From a virus (Duplodnaviria; Heunggongvirae; Uroviricota; Caudoviricetes), in the IMG/VR virus record IMGVR_UViG_2698536618_000003: DNA of 10,947 nt, one strand, 5' to 3'. Position numbers and translations under genes: made by a program. Shown piece by piece: positions 7,061 through 10,947 of this stretch. How positions within the stretch are numbered: position 1 is the stretch's first letter; the number at the start of each line of letters is the position of its first letter. The notes below the pieces were generated by a model. The model made no database searches, was not told where the DNA came from, and worked only from the letters and a program-made list of their open reading frames with translations.

Positions 7061-7468
7061 ATGAAAAACGAAACCTTCGGTGCTCGCCTCTTATACAGGC
7101 GTAAAAAATTAAAACTGTCTCAGGCCGCATTAGGTAAGCTGGTCAAAGTGGCTCACGTAACAATTTCTCAATGGGAAAGAGATGAAACACAGCCAGCAGG
7201 GAAGAGATTATTCGCACTGAGCCAGGCGCTCCAGTGCTCGCCGACTTGGCTTCTTTTTGGAGATGAAGATAAGCAACCAGGCGAACCGATCCCAGATAAT
7301 CAGCCAGTTAATCTGACAGAAGATCAAAAAGAGTTGCTTCAACTGTTCGACGCACTGCCTGAGTCAGAGCAAAAGGCTCTGTTGTCAGAGATGCGTGCTC
7401 GAGTTGAGAATTTCAACAAACTTTTTGAAGAACTACTCAAAGCTCGCAAAAGAAGCGCAAATAAATAA
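7061..7468 (+). CDS. dicA: DicA-like HTH (XRE-family) repressor, 135 aa
   Basis: N-terminal HTH (…LSQAALGKLVKVAHVTISQWERDET…). Conserved blocks LFALSQALQCSPTWLLFGDEDKQP and MRARVENFNKLFEELLKAR match my recollection of E. coli DicA. Same length as DicA (135 aa). No SD before the ATG. Confidence 0.85.
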   Translation: MKNETFGARLLYRRKKLKLSQAALGKLVKVAHVTISQWERDETQPAGKRLFALSQALQCSPTWLLFGDEDKQPGEPIPDNQPVNLTEDQKELLQLFDALPESEQKALLSEMRARVENFNKLFEELLKARKRSANK

Positions 7469-7544
7469 CCCCCCCCTTTTTTTCGCCACTCTCTGTAATA
7501 AAAAGCACAAACTTTCAAATACTTGTGTTTTTTACATCAAAAAA

Positions 7545-7600
7545 CTTAGGTTTTCCTACATAAAAAGCTTGACCACAATTCTTAGGTTATTCTAAATTTC
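7545..7600 (+). promoter_or_regulatory. Putative DicA-controlled promoter of the rightward (ydfA-DicF-dicB) operon with two operator-like sites
   Basis: TTGACC at 7569-7574 and a -10 candidate TCTAAA/CTAAAT at 7591-7597. Operator-like motifs CTTAGGTTTTCCTAC (7545-7559) and CTTAGGTTATTCTAA (7581-7595) resemble the 6993-7010 palindrome and flank or overlap the promoter. Confidence 0.5.
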
Positions 7601-7674
7601 ACTCATCAAGACACCGCACGGTGTTCTCAGCAAACAGTTCCGCTACCCTGGCGTTAAGGGGAAATGAGGTCAGC

Positions 7675-7827
7675 ATGGATACTATCGATCTTGGCAACAA
7701 CGAATCTCTGGTATGTGGCGTGTTTCCAAACCAGGACGGCGCGTTCACCGCGATGACGTATACCAGAAGCAAAACGTTTAAAACTGAAGCTGGCGCGCGT
7801 CGCTGGTTAACCAGAAACACTGACTGA
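7675..7827 (+). CDS. ydfA: YdfA-like small protein (50 aa)
   Basis: ATG at 7675 with GAGGT upstream. Translation MDTIDLGNNESLVCGVFPNQDGAFTAMTYTRSKTFKTEAGARRWLTRNTD is as I recall for Qin YdfA. The track ORF start at 7621 lacks an RBS. Confidence 0.75.
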   Translation: MDTIDLGNNESLVCGVFPNQDGAFTAMTYTRSKTFKTEAGARRWLTRNTD

Positions 7828-7838
7828 TGAGGTTGACG

Positions 7839-8213
7839 ATGGAATTTAAAGATTTACCAGTACCATTCCAGGAAATGGCATCGAATGTGGTTCGCTCTCA
7901 ACTGGCGACTCTTGACCTGAGTACCGTAGAAAAAGAAACCATCGATAATATATCCGGTAACGTGCGTCGTGCCTTTATCGGACTGTACGAAGAGAAGCAA
8001 CTCTCTGATAACCAGGATTTACATAAAAAATACTTCTTGGAATTAATGGACATCATTGATAAGGGATTTGGCTTGTTAATGAAACAGAAAGGGATTCGAA
8101 TGAACCCCATTGAAAATTACTTCGCAACAAGAAGCATTAATTCCTGTGATTTAAAGCATCCCGCCACAGACGGGAGTGTTACAGTTAGCCATGAGATTTC
8201 GATTAATCATTAA
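7839..8213 (+). CDS. Hypothetical protein (124 aa), AT-rich, unknown family
   Basis: ATG at 7839 with GAGG 6 nt upstream (an alternative ATG at 7827 overlaps the ydfA stop). Codon usage is visibly AT-richer than neighbouring genes. No recognisable motif. Confidence 0.65.
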   Translation: MEFKDLPVPFQEMASNVVRSQLATLDLSTVEKETIDNISGNVRRAFIGLYEEKQLSDNQDLHKKYFLELMDIIDKGFGLLMKQKGIRMNPIENYFATRSINSCDLKHPATDGSVTVSHEISINH

Positions 8214-8424
8214 AATCAATAGCTATTTCAATAAGTGATGCCATCTCGTTGCATTTTGTTGAATTCATCTTACGTAATGAGTCACAAATATCTGATGGTT
8301 GTGATGCTGCTGGCAACTTAGCAGCAAGTAGCATAATTGCCGTTTTTATAGCAGTGAGTTCATCCGCAAGTCCAGCAGGAGAAACATCGTGGTTAAACTG
8401 GATATTTACATTTTTACTAGTCAT
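8203..8424 (-). CDS. Hypothetical small protein (73 aa), convergent with the 124-aa gene
   Basis: ATG at 8424-8422 with GGAGG 5-9 nt upstream. Translation MTSKNVNIQFNHDVSPAGLADELTAIKTAIMLLAAKLPAASQPSDICDSLRKMNSTKCNEMASLIEIAIDFND. Its 3' end overlaps the 124-aa gene by 11 bp. The track ORF extension to 8637 lacks an RBS. Confidence 0.5.
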   Translation of the reverse strand: MTSKNVNIQFNHDVSPAGLADELTAIKTAIMLLAAKLPAASQPSDICDSLRKMNSTKCNEMASLIEIAIDFND

Positions 8425-8759
8425 TTCACCCTCCTGAGGGTTGGTAATTAAGGAGTTCTCCACGGGTGAGGTGGAGTGCGTGCGCCGGACACGGGTGAGC
8501 ATCCGGCACTGACAGTTTACTGAAAGGATATTTCCATGAAAAGTCAGACCATGACGCGAAAGCGCACGGCGAGGTAGCTGGTTCATAGATAACCTGTCGT
8601 TAAATTTTCGTCGACCGTGCGCTTCCGGTTGTGGCACTCCGCGAAATGGCGCGGCGGTAAGTATGGCGGGGTTATTCCTTCCACCGTTGAGGACACCGGG
8701 TTGTCAGGTTGACCATACGCTTAAGTGACAACCCCGCTGCAACGCCCTCTGTTATCAAT

Positions 8760-8812
8760 TTTCTGGTGACGTTTGGCGGTACCAGTTTTACTCCGTAACT
8801 GCTCTGCCGCCT
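8760..8812 (+). ncRNA. dicF: DicF small RNA homologue
   Basis: TTTCTGGTGACGTTTGGCGGTACCAGTTTTACTCCGTAACTGCTCTGCCGCCT differs at about 3 of 53 positions from the E. coli K-12 DicF sequence as I remember it. Ends in a GC hairpin (GGCGG…CCGCC) followed by TTTTTT at 8811-8817. Lies upstream of dicB as in Qin. Confidence 0.75.
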
Positions 8813-9106
8813 TTTTTAAAGTGAATTTTGTGATGCGGTGAATGCGGCTCAGCGCACGCGGAACAGTTAAAACAAGCGGTCTTTTACGGGCGTAACGGGA
8901 ATGCTCTGTATCCGGCGTTAATTGTTAACTGGTTAACGTCACCTGGAGGCACCAGGCACTGCATCAACAAAGTTCACTTCGGTGATGAAGGGTAAGAGAA
9001 AATGTTGAATGTAGCTATTGAAAACCAGAACGGGTGGAATTATAGTGCACCTGCACCTCATAAAGCGGGTGCCGGGCGTGGAAACCCGATGATGACTACT
9101 GCGCAT

Positions 9107-9129
9107 AACCGCGCTCATGCGGTTTTTTT
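9107..9129 (+). terminator. Hairpin plus T-run (possible intrinsic terminator or attenuator) upstream of the Rha gene
   Basis: AACCGC-GCTCAT-GCGGTT followed by TTTTTA. It is nested inside a longer imperfect inverted repeat CGCATAA…TTATGCG (9102-9134). Confidence 0.3.
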
Positions 9130-9298
9130 ATGCGTAATGCACAGCCACATTCAGATTATGGTGGGGCGTGCAGGGCAGCCGAAAGGCTGGCCGGTTTCGG
9201 TAGTCACCGGTATTTCCACCCCTGTACGTCTCACCACCCTTATGGTCGTGGAAAGCCTTGGTGGTGAGTTATTTAAACTGACTATCGAGGCTGCCATC

Positions 9299-9856
9299 AT
9301 GGCTACTATCCATACCCTTTCTCACCCTGACGTAACCATCGAAAATGGACGCGCTGTCACTACGTCTATTGCGATCGCTGAGTTCTTTGGTAAACGCCAC
9401 GAACGAGTGTTGGATAAAATTCGCAATCTGGACTGTTCAGCAAAATTCACTGAGCACAATTTTGTGTCGAGCGAATATACCGACTCAACCGGTCGCAAAC
9501 TCCCAATGTACCAAATCACCAAAAACGGCTTCGTTTTCCTGGTGATGGGCTTCACCGGCAAAAAAGCCGCTGCATTTAAAGAAGCCTACATCGCTGAGTT
9601 CGATCGCATGGAGAAAGAACTGCGCCAGAATAACGCCCCGTCTCCCGACAAAATGATTCACGGGGACGGACGTACCCTGGTTATCCGTCTCGACGAACAC
9701 GGCAATATCAAATTCACTGAAACCGTTCCGGACGGCGCAATGGTCTGCACCCTGGATACCTTCCAGTTTTATCTGGAGAAACAAGGCTGGACTCTTGTAA
9801 ACCGGAGCGCAATTAAAAATATGACTGTGGAGCAATTACTAAAAATTCATTGTTGA
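9299..9856 (+). CDS. Phage regulatory protein, Rha family (about 185 aa)
   Basis: The segment …VTTSIAIAEFFGKRHERVLDKIRNL…YQITKNGFVFLVMGFTGKKAAAFKEAYIAEF… matches what I recall of the Rha (Phage_pRha) domain. Start chosen at ATG 9299 with GAGG about 9 nt upstream. The track ORF is open from 9002, but that extension has odd composition and contains the hairpin/T-run at 9107-9129. Confidence 0.7.
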   Translation: MATIHTLSHPDVTIENGRAVTTSIAIAEFFGKRHERVLDKIRNLDCSAKFTEHNFVSSEYTDSTGRKLPMYQITKNGFVFLVMGFTGKKAAAFKEAYIAEFDRMEKELRQNNAPSPDKMIHGDGRTLVIRLDEHGNIKFTETVPDGAMVCTLDTFQFYLEKQGWTLVNRSAIKNMTVEQLLKIHC

Positions 9857-9866
9857 GGACGAGATA

Positions 9867-10055
9867 ATGGAAACGTTATTACCAAACGTTAATACGTCTG
9901 AAGGTTGTTTTGAAATTGGTGTCACTATCAGTAACCCTGTATTTACTGAAGATGCCATTAACAAGAGAAAACAAGAACGGGAGCTATTAAATAAAATATG
10001 CATTGTTTCAATGCTGGCTCGTTTACGTCTGATGCCAAAAGGATGTGCACAATGA
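9867..10055 (+). CDS. dicB: Cell-division inhibitor DicB (62 aa)
   Basis: METLLPNVNTSEGCFEIGVTISNPVFTEDAINKRKQERELLNKICIVSMLARLRLMPKGCAQ is essentially the E. coli DicB sequence as I recall it. ATG at 9867 with GAGG upstream. Confidence 0.85.
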   Translation: METLLPNVNTSEGCFEIGVTISNPVFTEDAINKRKQERELLNKICIVSMLARLRLMPKGCAQ

Positions 10056-10213
10056 ATTCAGCATTTGCGCTTGTTCTGACAGTTTTTCTTGTTTCCGGAG
10101 AGCCAGTTGATATTGCAGTCAGTGTTCACAGGACAATGCAGGAGTGTATGACTGCAGCAACCGAACAGAAAATTCCCGGTAACTGTTACCCGGTCGATAA
10201 AGTTATTCACTAG
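10052..10213 (+). CDS. ydfD: YdfD-like small protein, ends at an in-frame TAG (53 aa; would be 63 aa to the next TAA at 10241-10243)
   Basis: ATG at 10052 overlaps the dicB stop (ATGA). MNSAFALVLTVFLVSGEPVDIAVSVHRTMQECMTAATEQKIPGNCYPVDKVIH then TAG. The frame continues DNIEIPAGL to TAA, giving the 63-aa length I recall for K-12 YdfD. Confidence 0.7.
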   Translation: MNSAFALVLTVFLVSGEPVDIAVSVHRTMQECMTAATEQKIPGNCYPVDKVIH

Positions 10214-10336
10214 GATAATATCGAAATTCCGGCAGGTCTTTAAAACAGTTCCGTAATAAATATCCGGTTTCATTCTTATATGCCAGCAATGGCAGGGATT
10301 TGTTCATCCTTAAATCTGTCATGAGGTTAAAACAAA

Positions 10337-10947
10337 ATGAGTAAAGTCTTTATTTGCGCCGCCATTCCTGACGAACTGGCAACAAGGGAAGAAGGCGCTG
10401 TGGCTGTAGCCACAGCTATTGAAGCTGGCGACGAACGCCGTGCTCGAGCAAAATTTCACTGGCAGTTCCTGGAACATTATCCGGCTGCTCAGGACTGCGC
10501 TTATAAATTTATTATCTGCGAGGATAAACCTGGCATACCCCGCCCTGCCCTCGATTCATGGGATGCTGAATATATGCAGGAAAACCGCTGGGATGAGGAG
10601 TCTGCTTCCTTTGTTCCGGTTGAGACTGAATCAGATCCGATGAACGTCACTTTTGACAAGCTGGCCCCTGAAGTACAGAACGCTGTCATGGTTAAGTTCG
10701 ACACATGTGAAAACATCACCGTTGATATGGTTATTAGCGCACAGGAATTGTTGCAGGAAGACATGGCAACATTCGACGGACATATCGTTGAAGCGTTGAT
10801 GAAAATGCCAGAAGTTAACGCCATGTATCCGGAGCTTAAGCTGCATGCCATCGGGTGGGTTAAGCATAAATGTAAGCCTGGTGCCAAATGGCCCGAAATT
10901 CAGGCAGAGATGCGCATCTGGAAAAAACGTCGCGAAGGTGAACGCAA
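10337..10947 (+). CDS. Hypothetical prophage protein, 5' part only (at least 203 aa, continues past window end); position corresponds to ydfE of Qin
   Basis: ATG at 10337 with GAGG about 10 nt upstream. The frame is open to the last base of the window (MSKVFICAAIPDELATREEGAVAVATAIEAGDERRARAKFHWQFLEHYPAAQD…). Not in the ORF track because it has no stop within the window. Confidence 0.75.
   Translation, partial: MSKVFICAAIPDELATREEGAVAVATAIEAGDERRARAKFHWQFLEHYPAAQDCAYKFIICEDKPGIPRPALDSWDAEYMQENRWDEESASFVPVETESDPMNVTFDKLAPEVQNAVMVKFDTCENITVDMVISAQELLQEDMATFDGHIVEALMKMPEVNAMYPELKLHAIGWVKHKCKPGAKWPEIQAEMRIWKKRREGER

Larger units (their letters stand above)
1..10947. mobile_element. Segment of a lambdoid (Qin/DicA-type) prophage: immunity switch, replication module, nin-like genes and PL-like operon
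   Basis: Gene content and order are typical of lambdoid early regions: divergent repressor/Cro-like pair, O-like and P-like replication genes, DicF/DicB, Rha and Hok. Many genes are tightly packed with ATGA/GTGA start-stop overlaps. Neither prophage end lies in the window. Confidence 0.8.

Noticed and set aside
8249-8437. Plus-strand 62-aa ORF overlapping the 73-aa minus-strand gene
   Set aside because: It starts with TTG and has no SD, whereas the minus-strand ORF has GGAGG and ATG. It cannot be fully excluded because the K-12 operon genes here are thought to be co-directional.
8536-8577. 13-codon basic micro-ORF (MKSQTMTRKRTAR) with an SD-like sequence
   Set aside because: Too short to support from sequence alone. 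Mentioned only as part of the structured region upstream of DicF.
9002-9298. N-terminal extension of the Rha ORF (track start at 9002)
   Set aside because: Weak RBS, unusual amino-acid composition and a hairpin with T-run inside it (9107-9129). The ATG at 9299 with GAGG upstream gives a Rha protein of typical size.
10058-10273. Minus-strand 71-aa ORF antisense to ydfD
   Set aside because: It overlaps the well-supported ydfD-like gene, is Cys/Asn-rich with low complexity and has no RBS.
1-10947. tRNA, rRNA or transposase/IS elements
   Set aside because: No cloverleaf-like tRNA structure, rRNA-like sequence or transposase-like ORF with terminal inverted repeats was recognisable by eye.

Overview
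This window reads as the early/immunity region of a lambdoid prophage of the Qin (DicA/DicF/DicB) type from an E. coli-like enterobacterium; all family names are recognised by eye from the translations and no database search was run. A divergent repressor pair sits at 6757-7468: a Cro-like DicC/YdaS-family gene on the minus strand and a DicA-like repressor on the plus strand, separated by a promoter/operator region containing the palindrome CCTTAGG-N4-CCTAAGG. The leftward (minus) operon runs from the Cro-like gene through a YdaT-like protein, a lambda O-like initiator with iteron repeats inside the gene, a lambda P-like helicase loader, a nin-like set of small unknown genes (two HTH-like proteins, DUF4406, a zinc-ribbon protein, a DUF551 protein), two tiny hydrophobic peptide ORFs and a Hok/Gef-family type I toxin with its terminator. 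The rightward (plus) operon runs dicA, a second operator-bearing promoter, ydfA-like, an AT-rich 124-aa ORF converging on a 73-aa minus-strand ORF, a structured non-coding stretch ending in a DicF sRNA homologue, a Rha-family gene, dicB, a ydfD-like gene cut short by an in-frame TAG, and the start of a further gene that leaves the window. The strongest candidates for something undescribed are the AT-rich convergent gene pair inside the DicA-controlled operon, the Rha gene between DicF and DicB, and the pair of coupled micro-ORFs beside hok. No CRISPR array, tRNA, rRNA or transposase was seen.
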